64,000 nt of DNA from Tubiluchus corallicola. Lineage: Eukaryota; Animalia; Priapulida. Made by a program: the position numbers and the translations under genes. The stretch covers positions 248,001-312,000 of the forward strand of contig JAQGDQ010000097.1 in assembly GCA_030141605.1 (NCBI GenBank), written 5' to 3'. The notes beneath the pieces were generated by a model, which made no database searches, was not told where the DNA came from, and saw only the letters and a list, made by a program, of their open reading frames with translations. Shown in pieces: positions 31,710-59,831 of the stretch (positions are counted from its first letter, which is position 1; each line of letters starts with the position of its first letter).

Positions 31710-33505
31710 TAGATATTTATTATTATTATTAAAAGTAAAAGTAATGTAAAAGGAAAAGGAAAAGCAAAAATAAAAGTAAAAGTAAACTTTTGGATCACAT
31801 TGGCGATCGTTTTTTGGCTCAAACGTCAAGATCGTTTTAGCAGAAGAATATGTTTTAAGGCGGTTTTACCAGGCTGTAAAAAATTAATTTTCTCAAATCT
31901 TTTGTTCTAGACATTCCTATCAAATCTAACCAGCCCTCTGACATAATTCTTCTTTTAAAATTTTAATTAACAATAATAACTGTAAAGCAGCTTTAAACGT
32001 GATTATAGAAATAAGAACCTTATTTTCAGTTTCATTGAGAAACACGAGAAGACTTTCAAAAATTGTTCACGCGGAGTAACTAGCAAATATCGAGGAAATG
32101 GTAAAGGTGACAAATAAACTAAACATTAACACCAACTGCTGCATGACAGTAGAAATGGGTGGCTTCAAGAGCGCTAATTACAAACGATGTGTTTAAAATT
32201 GCAAGAGTGAGAGAATTTACTCTCCTGTGATCCTATTTCGTCTACTATTGTATTGTTACCAAATTGCATTTTGAAAGTACACAAACTATATGAAAAAAAC
32301 GACAGTCGTAATTCTAATTGTTATTACACCCAAACACTATCTGAACAGGGAGCTAGTCTGTTTAACTGCAATTTTACCAGGCTGCGAAAAATTTAATTTC
32401 CCAAATCTTCTGTTCTTAACATTTTATTTGGGTCATGTATAAATAATACTATATTATTATATAGGCGCCTTACGCCATGAAAATGCATTTTCCTTCCTTG
32501 AGGCAAACTCTTTCATTTTTTTGCTGAGTGGCTTTATATTAACCTTTTAACCACGTTTTTATTCTCACGGGCAAATGCAAAGCTACGGTAGGAAGATCCG
32601 CTCACGCGAATCAAATGCCAACTTTTTATCTCATTGACAAGCTTTTAGAATTACGTTTAGACACTTCTTACGAGATTTAAATGTATGGCTTTTGGAAAAT
32701 ACCCAAGAGATTTTCGTTGAGCACTTTGTGGTAATTTTTTAGTTCTTTTTTTACTGCAATTTCCTTTGGCAGTTAGATCCTTTCCGTAAATGTGCAGCAC
32801 AGACTTACCGAGCACACACATGGATAAAGAGTGGAGCAACTTGGATTTCAGCTTTGAACAACAAGATTTATTGCTCATTGCTTGGGTACTCCACTTTTCT
32901 GTAGACATAAGATGCAGAATTGCAAAGGAGAAAAATTTAGAAGGCGAAACTTGTGTGTGAGCCATTATAAACTCAGTAATTTCATAATGCAGAGAACACA
33001 TAATAGATTAAGAAATATCCAACATTATCACATTTATTCCTCAATGCAGATTTTTAAACAGGATGGAAAAACCTTCAAATATCATTGTAAAAATGCACTC
33101 GGTGAATCTGCTTTAATTACAAAATTTCCCAATTTATCAGTGAATCAAAGCGAAATACAAAATGTTATTAATCGCAATACATTACTTCTATTGTGCGTCA
33201 GTATTTTTATACAGGCTTTGTATGTACGTTTTATTTTTGGTATAATAAGTCTTTCCATGATTTTCTGAGCTCTTTTTCAACATATTTTTGAGATGAACCT
33301 AGGTGAGGTTATTTGAATTGAAATTTTAATATTCTGTTTACGCTTTCTGCGTAACTGTATTAACTATGTATTACTCAAACGATTATTTTTTACCGAAAAA
33401 TTCTTTTACTGTGAACTTTTTTCGCAAATTAAACTTTATAATTTCAAAAATAGAGCAGATTCAAAAATAAACAAACGCAACACTTTTTTAGAAAACTACT
33501 TAAAT

Positions 33506-41089
<7,584 letters not shown>

Positions 41090-42910
41090 TGTCGTGATTA
41101 GCCAATATAATTTATGCTGTCTTTATGTGCTACATCATTAACGCTTTTCAAAAGCAATTCTTATTATTAAAAGACAAAGCATCGCTTGCGTGATAATTTC
41201 CGTATCATGTGTAGCTGCGTATCATAATTAAATTCTTAGAAAATTTATGAAACGATCATAAAAAGTCGAATAGAAAGCCGTTAGAACACGCATCAGTACA
41301 ACGAGTGCCGAGTTAATAAAACTGTGCTTCTACGCCAGTGTTGCGCAAGCAAGCTGTTATTACAATATAGACTTCGAAAAATCGTTAGAACTTACTCAAA
41401 TCCCATTACTCTGCTCAGCTTTAGGTAATTTCCATTTCTTCTGCCATGTGTCAGGTATCACTTGTTTATCATCAGTTTATACTTCACAAACAGGCAGCCA
41501 GCATTCTTTAAAGACGTTGTCATAGTATAATAGCCTGCAAATTTTCCTTTTGTGTTTAACATAAGAAGACACTTGCTCGACACCCGTGATAGTTATCTTT
41601 CATTCTGTTCTTCTGACTCTGTTGTCGGTGCAGCCAAAGACAGAATGTGATGTCATTATTTCAGCTTTTAGTGTATTTCTTCTTAGCATACAATCACAAT
41701 TTTGAGGTGCCAGCAACCAAACTTTAGAAAGCAAAATAAAAAAATTAATTCATATCTACTAATACTAATCAACTAATTGGTTTCAAATGATTAAAATTAA
41801 AGTGAATTTAAACTGAATAGAAGGCAAGTTTATTCTCTACCTTTCGACAGTTGTTTTCGTATCAAAATAAAGAAAATAATTGGAAATTATTTAACTTGTC
41901 TGTGAAATTATTACTACCTTAGAAAGCTTTGTATTGTTTATAGCTTGTCAAAATGTTTCATTTGTTTATGTGTATTATTTGTGCTCGCACAGAAACAGGC
42001 CTTTAGTAATTAAACATTTTGTAAAATAAAATTTAACAGATTTGTTATGTTACACGTTACCAGTACTGCCTGCAAAATTGGCGACATCATTATTATTATG
42101 TAGAAGAAGGCTGGATCTAGAATTTCTGTAGGTCTAATTTTTTACATATTTATGACACAGTTTATACTATGAACTAATATATGTTGCATTTTTGTATTCA
42201 TGTGCAAAAGGTTTCAAGTAAATATTGTATTCAAATATAAATATAATCTATATTTCTACAGCATTTAATTGTTATGGCCTCCATCATCTACTTATACGTG
42301 TTGTGTGAACTGAGAATATCAATATTCCTTTAGTATGTCTAGACGCTTGTAGAGCGCAGATGGAAACGTTCCCAACCATCTTTTGCAAGTTATAAAACAA
42401 AAACTCAGAAAACTTGTTTTGTAAGTTATATTAAATTCCCACAGAGGTTATTTTTTCCACAAAGTTACAGCCTAATTGCCATCGTTCCATTTACAAGTGG
42501 CTTTAAATGTGTGTTTGAGAGGAATCATTTACATAATTACATAGTTTAGCAAAAGAACAAGGGATAGTGGATTGGCAATGCTTAGAAAGTCAGATTGATT
42601 TGCAGAAATGTTTCATGCATCATCAGAGCCAAGCACAAAAACAAAACAACAACAGAAACAAATGCTACAGCTCTGCAATGGCGAAGAAGCATAGTAATTA
42701 CCATTGACTTGCTTACAAAGAAACTTTTCATGCGGTCTTATTATACTCATAAACATTTAAATAGCCACATATATCATGGCTGCGTGAATCCAAACGCATT
42801 TATAGGCCCATAAAACACGAACAATTAATATAATGCTCGACAAATATTTTCGCAGCATTTGACATCGTCAGTGTAACCTAAAATGTGGAAAATAACATTA
42901 TGTTGCTGAA

Positions 42911-43042
42911 ATGTCCAGTTCAGTACACCTGTCGGGGATATCCTGTCCTGCCAAAGACCTTCGTCAAAGGCAATGCTAGAAATGGATGTTGTTGTACAAC
43001 CAAAAGCTAACTGGTAGTGCGGAATCATTCAGAAATATTCAG
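42911..43042 (-). pseudogene. Degenerate copy of GPCR-5 exon 4 (remnant of a sixth receptor)
   Basis: AFDEGLWQDRISPTGVLNW vs GPCR-5 VFDEGLWLERRSRSCTLNW. The acceptor tttcag is retained, but there is a frameshift and the ECL2 Cys and the donor are lost. The flanking intron (43120-44400) matches GPCR-5 intron 3 (55395-56210). Confidence 0.85.
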
Positions 43043-43340
43043 CTGAAATGTACACAGAATTGTGTACTCACAATATACACAGAATTTCTCTCTCTCGACC
43101 TATATGTATATACTAGTTTAATTATTGTTGTAGAGGGGTCGGAATTTAGCTTATTAACGATGATGGTTCCGTATAATTAATGTTAAACAGGCGGAATTAT
43201 CCTAACCTCGTTCATGGGTCCATTATCCAGGACGAAAGTTATTGCGATTTGCAAAATTTTTACAATAAGTGTATCTTCTTTCAACCAAGTGATATTAATA
43301 AGCGTTTTCACAGTTTCAGCGATTGATGATGATCTTGAAA

Positions 43341-43624
43341 AGGTCAAAGGTTAAGTTCACCATACAACACATTTGTGTACACTTGACAATGCCTCGCAGC
43401 CCATGCTGTTGTAATACTAACAGTTCTAACTGCTAGCTAAAACCATTTTTCTTGTTCCCAAGCAAGATCCTGCTAGTAAATCACTCTATGCACAGACTAA
43501 TGCAAAAAGTCCAGATAAAACAACCGAAGTTACTGAACTGGTGGCAGACGACTTTGCCTTACTCACATGTAACGTGACGGTTGTAGTTAAGACGCGTTGC
43601 TGTGGTACACTTAACCTTTGACCT
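43341..43624. mobile_element. Element with a 16-bp perfect inverted repeat AGGTCAAAGGTTAAGT
   Basis: 43341-43356 pairs with 43609-43624 (acttaacctttgacct). Related copies lie at 25233-25490 and 56485-56585, and it is absent from the matching position near 55565. Confidence 0.65.
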
Positions 43625-43702
43625 ACAGCAATAGCGCGTGCGCACAACGAAACTGTGAAAAGGCTTATAACTAGATATATAATTCTTTCAAATGGCGCAA
43701 CA

Positions 43703-43904
43703 ATTCTCTTGTGAAAATTATTATTATTTGTTCTTGACAAGTCGTATTGCACATGAAATAAGAAGCTGACAGCCTGACACTTTTATATTTTGTGGTTGCA
43801 GCATTCTTTTGTGAAAATTATTATGATTTGTTCTTGACAAGTCGTATTGCACGTGAAATAAGAAGCTGACAGCCTGACACTTTTATATTTTGTGGTTACA
43901 GCAT
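43703..43904. repeat. 100-bp tandem duplication
   Basis: Two near-identical units offset by exactly 100 bp. The paralogous region (~55615-55710) has a single copy. Confidence 0.93.
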
Positions 43905-45455
43905 CACAAAATTAGTCCCGAAACTTTAATATGATAGAGAGGAGATGTCGAGATCTCAAAACCTCTTTGTGAATGCAGAAGATGTTTTGAGTTTTAGTTT
44001 CGCCTATTTATTCAAAATAATAATTTTTCAAGGTATTAAAAATCACCGTGCAAAGTAGCAGTACATATCGATAATTATTGTTATTTCTGTTTTGCCATAG
44101 TAAGTCATTCCTAATAATGCAAACGCACACAAAAGGTTTTTGAACAAGTTTTTATTTCAGAGTGGTGTGGGAAGCATGGCAGTTGGGTGAACACTTATGA
44201 AGAAAGAGATTTTTTCTATTTTGCGGCTGGTAAATTATATAAGCTGTTGTCCAACGTGCAAAAAGGTGTTGTTAAATGGATTTATATGGATAAATACAGT
44301 TGTATATATGCACTGAGAGAAAAAGGCTCTTCTAGAATTCTCTTACACACCGAAAAGCATTGGGTCGTTACTGACTTTAATAATCTAAGATCATTACTAT
44401 ACGCCATATAACTTTTGCATACAACTACAGTTAATTTGACCAAATTTGCTAGGTCAGGCGGAAATTGAATAAATCACAATTTTTTGTTAAAGTTCCATTT
44501 GAGGCTGTAATTGAATTGAGAATAATGTAAATATCCGTGATATCGGCAACTGAAATCCATCAAGGTAACTGGTTTTAAATTAGTCACACTCGCATTTTCA
44601 ATCCAAGAACTGTTCCTGGTCAAGTGCTTTAATGGTTTATCAAAATGAAGATACCCTTATAAATAACAAAGCACTCCACAAACCTTATTCCTAAGAAAGA
44701 ATCTGCAATTTGCCTCCATGTCTTCAAACTTTTTCAGACTGTAAAAGGTTGTCCACGACTTACGACTGTAATGATGCCGAGCTTTAAGAAAAATTGGGGA
44801 ATCGGAATAAGATATGTAGATCCTTACGGAGCAATTTGAAAGAATTTTGCTTCGAGCTGTCAACAGTGAGATTTAATGCTTACTGCTTAGGCAGGCCAGT
44901 TCACCGTACGTGAACATAAGATGCTGAATTGTAAAGAAAAAAATTAGATAAAACTTTGTGTTGGAGCCTTTATAAAGTCAATAAATTCGTAATACTTAGA
45001 ACACATAATATACTAATAAATAGTCAACATCAGCACATTTATTCCATAAAACAGATTTTGACAGAGTAAAAATTTCGTATCCTTCAAATAAGGTTGCAAA
45101 ATAAACTGTGAATCTATTTTAATAACAAAATTCCCCAGTTTAGCTGTGAATCAATGTCAAGGTTTTGTTCACATAATATGTTATTATCCCACTACATTAG
45201 TCTATTGTTCATTATTACTTTCGTATGTACAACTTTGATTTTTGCTATAATTTTTTCACAGCACATTTGATTTGCCATAAACATTAGGCAAAGTTATATA
45301 ACATTCTTTTTACACTCATTGGTTAACTACTAGCGCGTGGCAAAAATACGGTTTTTTACTGATTAAAATTCTTACGCAGTGAACTTTTTTACTTTTTTTT
45401 TAAAAAGGAGAGCACATTCAAAAACATACTTTACAACATTACAACAGCCAAAAAT

Positions 45456-47308
45456 TTAACAGTCTGTAGATGTAAGCTTCGCTTTCTTGCTATGGTTAAC
45501 TGACTGACTTCTCGCACTATGGATGTTCATATTATTCACACTCATGGTTTGCTGTTGTCTCACACTACGCCCTTCACTGGTAAAATGAGTCTCGGTCTTC
45601 ATACAAAGAACTCGTTTATAAGCCTCCCTGTAAGCCTTATTTGTGGCTCCATATATCAGTGGGTTGACTGCCGAATTTACATGAGCCAAGAAGATGGTAA
45701 ACGTCGTATACTCTGCAGACCAGGTGTCATAATCGTCAAAGATGATTAAGATTAAAAAAGGGGACCAAGTTATGACAAAAAACATCGTCATGATAAAGAG
45801 AGTCTTCGCTAGTGCTAGTGCGGACTTCGACTTAGTAACCTCACTTTTGGTTTTTCCTGTGTGAACCTATAAAGAAGTAAATAACAAAAAAATAACAATA
45901 AAAGTGACCAAGTTGTTTATTGTTTTCTTGCTTGTTTAAATTAACCAACAACAAACTATGTATGAAAATTGTAAATTTGCAGGATTACTTTTACCTGTAA
46001 GCACAAAACGAAATTGCTGTTACAAATGCCCGTTTACACCTGTGGTTTTATAACCATTGAATTTCAAACTAATCCGGAACGTACAGCATTGGGATACTCG
46101 CAGCGACTCGCTTACTGAGTTTTTTCCCGATTCGCATCGGCTTCGGGATGTGAAGACGAAGCGTTCTTGCAAATTTCAGTTTCCTAGCCACTTTACAAGG
46201 CGAGTTACAACCCATTTCAAAACTAGCTGTTCTAAAAGCCAAGACTTCACCACGCACGCAGGTATGTATGTTTTGCTCGAACGTATTTGTAAAATATACA
46301 AACTTTACCAACATGCTACGTTTTGGATGATACCCTTCCGCCGGTTCTTTTAAGCCATTCAAATTTTTTTCTGCAATAGTGCCACCTCATACGACACTAC
46401 CAACGTCCAACACGTCACAAAACAACAGCAACAACAATGTTAGAACTGCATGGTGAATTGCTAATAAATCATTCCGCTGATGATCAATAATGCGCGAATA
46501 GTGTACATAATCTTTGCTTTCTTTAAATTATAATAATAGTACACGGACATTGTACGCAGACTATACTTCCGAAGTGATAAATGCTAAGAGATACGATTTT
46601 TACGGTTGCCGTAATCGAAACTTTAGTGAAAATTTAGAAAACGCCTTGTTTGTCTCGCAATGACAAAATAGCAAAGTTTTGTATTACACAGACAACGAGA
46701 GCAAAAACGAGAACGGGAGCGACTTCAGAGCGAAAAAAAGATCTATTTATAAGATCACACTGCAAGCAAATACTGAAAAAAGATTCCTGACTTTATTTTT
46801 GTAATGTTTGTAAATTTGAAAACCAAAATTGCGTCATTTCTCAAAACACTTAATGCGTAAATTCAGAATTTTTCCCCCATAGACTTCAACGTGACCTTTG
46901 TTACGAAATCGTAGATCTGCAGTAGCAATAAATTGAAATCAATTAAAATTAACTGTTATTATTTTAACGAAAGCCATTGAAAAAACATATCTCTGTCAGA
47001 ATGTGCAGAATATGTTCAAAATGATAACAGCGTTAGTTTACAGTTTGTACATTGGTCAGCTCTTTCGTGTTGCCTAGATAAGTTAGATACCTGCTAATAA
47101 CGGTTTACCAATTATCGATTACCAATAAGCTAGATAGATAAGTTATTACTTTATTAGCTCCTGAAATGAAATTACATACATCCAATAGTAAAATCGAGTA
47201 AATTGGAAAATTAAACGATCAATATAAAAATGTCCCAAACAAGGCCAATGGGCATTAACACGGCAAAAGAACTAAAGGTGAAGATATAAAGATCCACCTC
47301 TCTCTTTT

Positions 47309-47350
<42 letters not shown>

Positions 47351-50300
47351 CTTTCTCCTTTCCCTCTCTCTCACCTTGTTTTGAATAATACCGACTGGAA
47401 GACATGAGACATGTAAATCTGAAGCATGTCAACCTACTTAAATGAAAATTACAGATGTCCATTTTTGAGAGCTATTTTGAAAAAAAAACTTGTGCAAAAA
47501 TCGTGAACTAAGGAAGCTCTTAACAGCTGAAAATTTTGGAGAAATCCATGAACTGGTAATTCATAATTCATACTTTATAATAATAGTCATCCACAGCATC
47601 TTCATTTTTATTTGTAAAGATTTTGACTTTTTAGATTTTTAAGTCTATTCTCCAACAAACACTGCTGTTACACAACTCACCTTATGTTTGCTTTGCTGGA
47701 CACGTACAAAGATTTGAATGTAGCAGATAGCAATTACTATTCCAGGTGTAATAATCATAACTAATGCAACAAACATCTTATAGGTCCAATTCTGCAAAAT
47801 ATACTGTAATAATATTTGTTAAAGTAATGTTATTATTATTATTATTGTTGTTGTTGTTGTAGTTATTGTTATTATTAATTCAATTCAATAGTAATAATTA
47901 ATTATTATTTTCATTCAAGTAGTTGCGTTCTTGAACAGATAATGCGTCCAATTATGCGTTCCTTTGTTTAAAAAAACTTGTGGAATGGATTCGTCATGGC
48001 GTCGTCCTCATGTTTTACTTTGTACAAAAATATAGCAATGCAGCGATACCGTACTATGGAAACTCTAAATTTGGTATTAATATTACAGTAGGCTAGCGTC
48101 GAAGGTGTCTGCCTTGTAAGCAGTGGCGTTGTGCCATATGGGGCCCGGCCCCCCCCCCCAATTTTTTTAGAAAATGTCAAAAATTTGATGGGTGTCAGAG
48201 GCTCGTAATGAGACCGGTAAGCAAATTTATTTCCGACTTTTTGACACGCAATAGCGGGCCAGCGCTCCATAAATGCGAACAGTATGAGCATGAGTATGTG
48301 TTTACCTGAAAGTCAGGATGTAGTTAATTTGTTTGCATGTAATCTATTCAGGAGGCAGGCAGGAACAATTAACAAAGCAGCTCGTTGAGTAGTATTAGCG
48401 TCTTTGCACAAAAGACTGTTAGTTAACAAAACGGCTCAGTTAGCACTCGAGCTTCGTTCAGCAGTGTGTTATAATAGAGAATAAGTGAAATAATAGAGCA
48501 AAAACAATGCAAACATTGAAGTCATGTTGAGCTAGCCTAGTACCAGAGAGTCAGTTTGTCCAGCTAGCCTAGTACCAGAGAGTCGGTTTGGGAGACACAA
48601 ATTGATGAGCCACGGCTCAGCCACCTCCTGATTGGACATTACCGACTCTTTGCTACTCCTTAGCGACTCTTTCCCACGAGTTTGCTGCATAAAAGGGCGT
48701 GATTTTGAGCACATTTCATCATTTTTCTCCTGCTAGGAAAATCTTTGCTAGTTTTCGCTGCGATTTTAGCTATATTTCTTAAACGATGTCAAGGCAGTCC
48801 AATCTGACTTCATTAAATTAGCGTCGGATTCCTGACAGCTAATAAATACTTAATTAAATTTTAATTAAGTTTCCATTGCTATAGCTTTAAGTTAAATGCC
48901 AGTTGGGAATAAATAAATCGTTTTTCTTGCACGCAAAGTACTGTTTATTTTTTTTCAAAATTATACGTTTTTTAAACAGTTAAGTTCCGCCATTATATAT
49001 AGTCCCCCCCCATTTTTTTTGGTGCACGACGCCCCTGCTTGTAAGCAGGAGTCCTTGGTTGAAATCCATGATTCCAACTTTTTCACATTTCCTGTCTTTC
49101 AAGTTTGATATGAGAATTTAATTAACTGAGGATTTGTACCACTGTTAGTTGTTGTTGCATGCAAGTAGTTTTAGAGTCATGGGCCAATATGGCTAAATCA
49201 TCTTGTAACAGACACCATAGCGCTCTCAATACGTAGACTGACAAATCATGCTTTCCAGTTCTTACATCACTGTACATATAATATAATATTAGCTTCCTTT
49301 CTTGCACTGTCATCGTGGAGCTATTTGGCCAAGTTTTTAAGAAACACAACGCTCAGTAAAGCCTAAAAATACACAACAAGAATTCTTACTTTATTCCAGT
49401 TCAGAATACAATAGCGTGATCGCCTTTCCAACCACAAGCCTTCTTGAAAGACAATGCTGGGAATATTGCTAATGCTTGAGCATGTCCACACGGCCAGACA
49501 CATGAGTACGCACTTGCGAGCAGAGAACAACTTGCTAAAAAAGCAAACATTTCTGCGAATCATTAGGATTATGGCATTTTGCATTTTTTATACAGTTATT
49601 TATTATATCTTCTTTATACTAATGAGTTGTTTTGATTAATAACCCATTTAGACTTATAATCCTTGTAATCTGTCGCCCGACGTTTTTGGTTTTGAACATT
49701 TTTATAGACATATATTACTTTATTTTCAGTTGTTTTTGTATCACAATTTAGCACAATTAGTACCAAAAAACCCGCTCCAAAAGTGAAATTTTGTTTTTTT
49801 CAAGTAATGCTCTCTTTCTTTAATAATTCCTCGATACGGTAGGCCTATCTATTTGCTTCACGTTATATGTCACCTCTCTGGCTAACTATCTCATTATAAT
49901 AACATTTTCAACATAATACCACCTATTAAAGTTCGTATAAATAATTAAATAAATACATTATACAATAAACAAATAAATGAACAAATAAATAATATTTAAA
50001 TAATTAAAATGTTAGCATATGTACTTGTATGAATGAGGGTAAACCACTGCAACCATCCTGTTAAATGCAATCACCATTAGTGTCGCCACTGATGAACAAC
50101 AGACGATGTAACACACAGCTGCTGCTGTTTTACACAACAGAATGTTATCCAGCATCATCAAGGGATGTAGAAAACCTAAAAGCCACATATGATGATGGTC
50201 ATGATGAAGACGATGATGATAATCATGATGAAGATGATGATGGTAATGATGATGATAATGATAATGATGATGATGATGACGACAACGATTATGATGATGA

Positions 50301-51689
50301 TGATAAACATTTTTATTTGTAGATAGATATATACATGTATACATAAATATATACACGACCTCTACTTGTAAACCAATATGTACAGCATTAATTGCTATGC
50401 CAATTTAACAAATACCAAATTAGTTCAAACCGACATAGTAATGTGCGATATTATACAATATTATACGAATTGCATTTAGTTTGTTATCAAATGCTTGTTT
50501 GCATGTCATATTTACTCTTCTTTTTGTCATGATTTGAGGTCTTCAAAAAACGTTTTCTGGCACCACTAACCAGTTCAGACAGAAAGATTAACTCATTGGT
50601 TTATAGTGGTTTGCTGTGCTCAGAGACAGTTTTTTTTGTAACAATGTTTACTATTTGTCTTGTTTATACAGTATTTCAACTACAGCCATATAGTGACCTA
50701 CGTGAATATAAATGAGTCTTTACTGCATTTTCGTATGAATCATTGACATAGTCAGAGCAGAGCACTAGAAGTTTCTCTAAATTGTAAAGTAGATATTGAT
50801 TTTTTTACACACTTGTATCTGCGCGTGGTGTAGTTCACGCAGACAAACCCTAATTTTCGTCTCTAATTGGCATTAAATTTTGACAAGAAGTACGATAAAC
50901 CAAAAACAGAGAATGGTACTTACTAACGACAGCCATTAGACCCACAAAACCACATATCAGGCAATCAGCTAAGGCAAGATTTAATACAAAAATGTTTGCC
51001 GTATTTCGGACAGACTTTGACATCACGGATATTACGAGGATGTTTCCTACTGTTCCAAAACCTGAAACGTCACAGTAAGACAAATTACAGAAATAAGGTT
51101 GTTTCGGCACTACAGCCTACAGGTGCGCAAATAAAAATAAAATGATTTTTTAGTAAAGAAAATCGAATAAGCTGTGCAACCTGCTGCTACGCCTGGTACA
51201 TTTGTTTCATTTGACAAAACAATTATTAAGTGTGAAATATGAGGTATAATCCACTTAAAAAACATACTGCAATGAATCACTGGTGTTTAGATTTTCAATT
51301 TTTCATGTTGTACGTCCATGTACAGCAAACAAGGTCGTCTTATTGGCTTATTGTAGAGTACAATTTCAGTCATTTCGTCTTAGAGCTAAACAAGATATTT
51401 AGTAAATTCAGCTTTCTACTTGCTTAAGATGGCTGATAGAAATACTGGGTATTAGTAAAAAAAAATTTCAAAATAATGTTTGTATTCGAATCATACTTGT
51501 TGACTTAATATATAGTATACCTGTTGATATAGCTTGACTTAAAAGGAACAAGAAATTTCCAAGTGTGTACGGCTCCAAGAAACTTTGTAGTCGTTCGTCA
51601 TCGCTAGAATAATTGTAGCTGAAGTCACCACCAACGTCACTAATCCAACTTGCATTAAGTATTGCCGTTGTCATGCTTGAATTCAGCAT
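45456..51689 (-). CDS. GPCR-4: close paralogue of GPCR-3, 374 aa; complement(join(45456..45866,47681..47791,49390..49534,50025..50175,50924..51061,51521..51689))
   Basis: GT-AG introns and an open frame. Exon 2 is 138 nt (in-frame 6-nt deletion). Motifs: FNRM, TWSP, LAHVNSAVNPLIYG. Confidence 0.9.
48121..49037. mobile_element. Non-autonomous hAT element, 917 bp, in GPCR-4 intron 4
   Basis: TIRs cagtggcgttgtgc / gcacgacgcccctg and a perfect 8-bp TSD CTTGTAAG (48113-48120, 49038-49045). The empty site is visible in the GPCR-3 paralogue near 35950. Confidence 0.92.
50188..50305. repeat. (GAT)n repeat just upstream of the GPCR-4 exon 3 acceptor
   Basis: Direct reading. It is much shorter at the matching GPCR-3 site (37070-37088). 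Confidence 0.9.
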
Positions 51690-53761
51690 TGTCGTAATTA
51701 GCCAATATTATTTATGCCGACTTTATGAGATACATCATTAACGCTTTTCAAAAGCAATTCTTATTGTTAAAAGATAAAATATTGCGTGATAGTTTTCATC
51801 CATCTAGCGGCGTGTTAGGTTCTTAAAAAGTTTAGTGAAAAAAATCATAAAAAGTCGAATAGAAAGACTTTATAAACACGCATCAGCGCAACGAGTGCCT
51901 AGTTGGTAAAATTGTGCTTCTGCGCCAGTGTTGCGCGAGAATATTGTAACATAGATGTGGAAAACTCTTTATTAGTTTCCATAAATCCCATTACTTTACT
52001 CAACCTTATGTAATTTCCATTTCTTCTGCCACGTGGCTTGGCATCAGTTTGCACTTCATAAACAGGCAGCCCACACTCATTAACAGGACGTTATCACACT
52101 GCAGTAGCCTACAAGTCTTTTTGTTGATGTTTCCAATAAACAGACACTTGCTCGACAGCACAATGGTTGTCCTTTATTTATTTTTCTGATTCTATTGTCG
52201 GTGCACCCCAAAACAGAATGAGATGTCATTATTTGAGCTTTTAGTGCATTACTTCTTAGCATACAATCGCAATTTTGAGGCACCAGCAACCAAACTTTAG
52301 AAAGCAAAGTTAAAAATAATCAATATCTACTAATACTAATCATTTTATAGGTTTTAAATGATTTATATCAGAGTCAATTTAAATGTAATAGAAGGTACGT
52401 TTATTCTCTTCTGTTCTTCAATTGCTTGTGGGACAAAAATAATAATTGGAAGTTAAGCTTGCCTATGAAACGATTCCTTCCTTAAGGAGCCTTGCATTGA
52501 TGGGTAGCTTTACAAAAAGTTCAATTTGTTTACAGTGTTTGTATCATTTGTGTGAGCACAGAAACGACGTTTAATAATTAAACATTTTGGTAAACAAAAA
52601 TTAACTGTTTCTTTATGTCAGACATTACCAGCACTGATGCAAAATTGGCAACATTATTATTATTGTTTAAAAGAAGCCTGAATTGCTGTGAGGCCCAATT
52701 TTTTAGCTAAAGGTAATGTGAACTAACATATAGTGCAAATACAAATATAAACATAATAACTATTAATCTTTACAATATTTAATCTTTATAGGCTGCATCA
52801 TCTACGTATACGGTTTGTGTGAACTGAGAATTCAATATACGTTTTATAAGTCTAGAGGCTGCAATGTGAAGATGGATAATTTCCCAATCACACTTAGCAA
52901 GTTATAAAACAAAAACTCATAATGTGATTTTAAACGAAATTAAACGTGGCGTTACAAGTGATAGTGGATTGGCACTGCTTAGAGCCTTTGAAAGTCGGAT
53001 TAATTTAATACCAATGTTTCATGCATGTTAGAAGATAAAAGCACGACAACAAAACGCAAAAAATAACGGCAGAAACAAATGCTACAAAACTGCAATGGAG
53101 ACGAACATCATACTTACAAATGATTTGTCACAAAGAAATTTCATGCGGTCTTATTATACTCGTAAACACTTAAACAGTCACAACTATGAACGGCTGCATG
53201 TATCCAAACGAATTTGTTGGTTCATAAAACGTGAACAATTAATGTAATGCTCTACAAACATTTATAATCTGCCCTACCCGATGTCATAGGGACCCAAGTT
53301 TGGTCGTCAAAGTCCTTGGTTGTGAGCTTTTTCGTACAACAATAACATAATTTGGGACAGTCAAAACAATTAAAGTTTATTATGCTGAATGTTCACAAAG
53401 TATTTTATTTTATTGCAAAAATTGCAGTTATTTATATATTTTCAAACCTAAAATGCATGAAAAACACATTTCCACAATTTTTGTTGGATATGCACTACAC
53501 ATACAGCATCACAAACCCTAATTTAGAATAGAGCAGTGTGACTTATAATATCTTTGATATTTAACATGAACAACACTGACTCTAGAACGGTGTCTTAAAG
53601 AATTCCTTATTCTGCAAGTCTGACAAAATCAAATACACCCTTCTAACAGAGATTATAGTGAAGAGCACTACAACAGAGTCTTTTCAACATTATTAAGAAA
53701 AAATACGAAAATGGTAAAAAAAATCAAAATACGCTAAAGCAAGTCCGACCATCAGGTTCTA

Positions 53762-59831
<6,070 letters not shown>

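Noticed and set aside
31864-32423. ~50-bp direct repeats about 510 bp apart as LTRs
   Set aside because: They are too short, and lack TG..CA ends, a PBS/PPT or a TSD. More likely an old local duplication.
44657-44863. ORF as a further receptor pseudo-exon
   Set aside because: It shows no recognisable similarity to any of the six GPCR exons.
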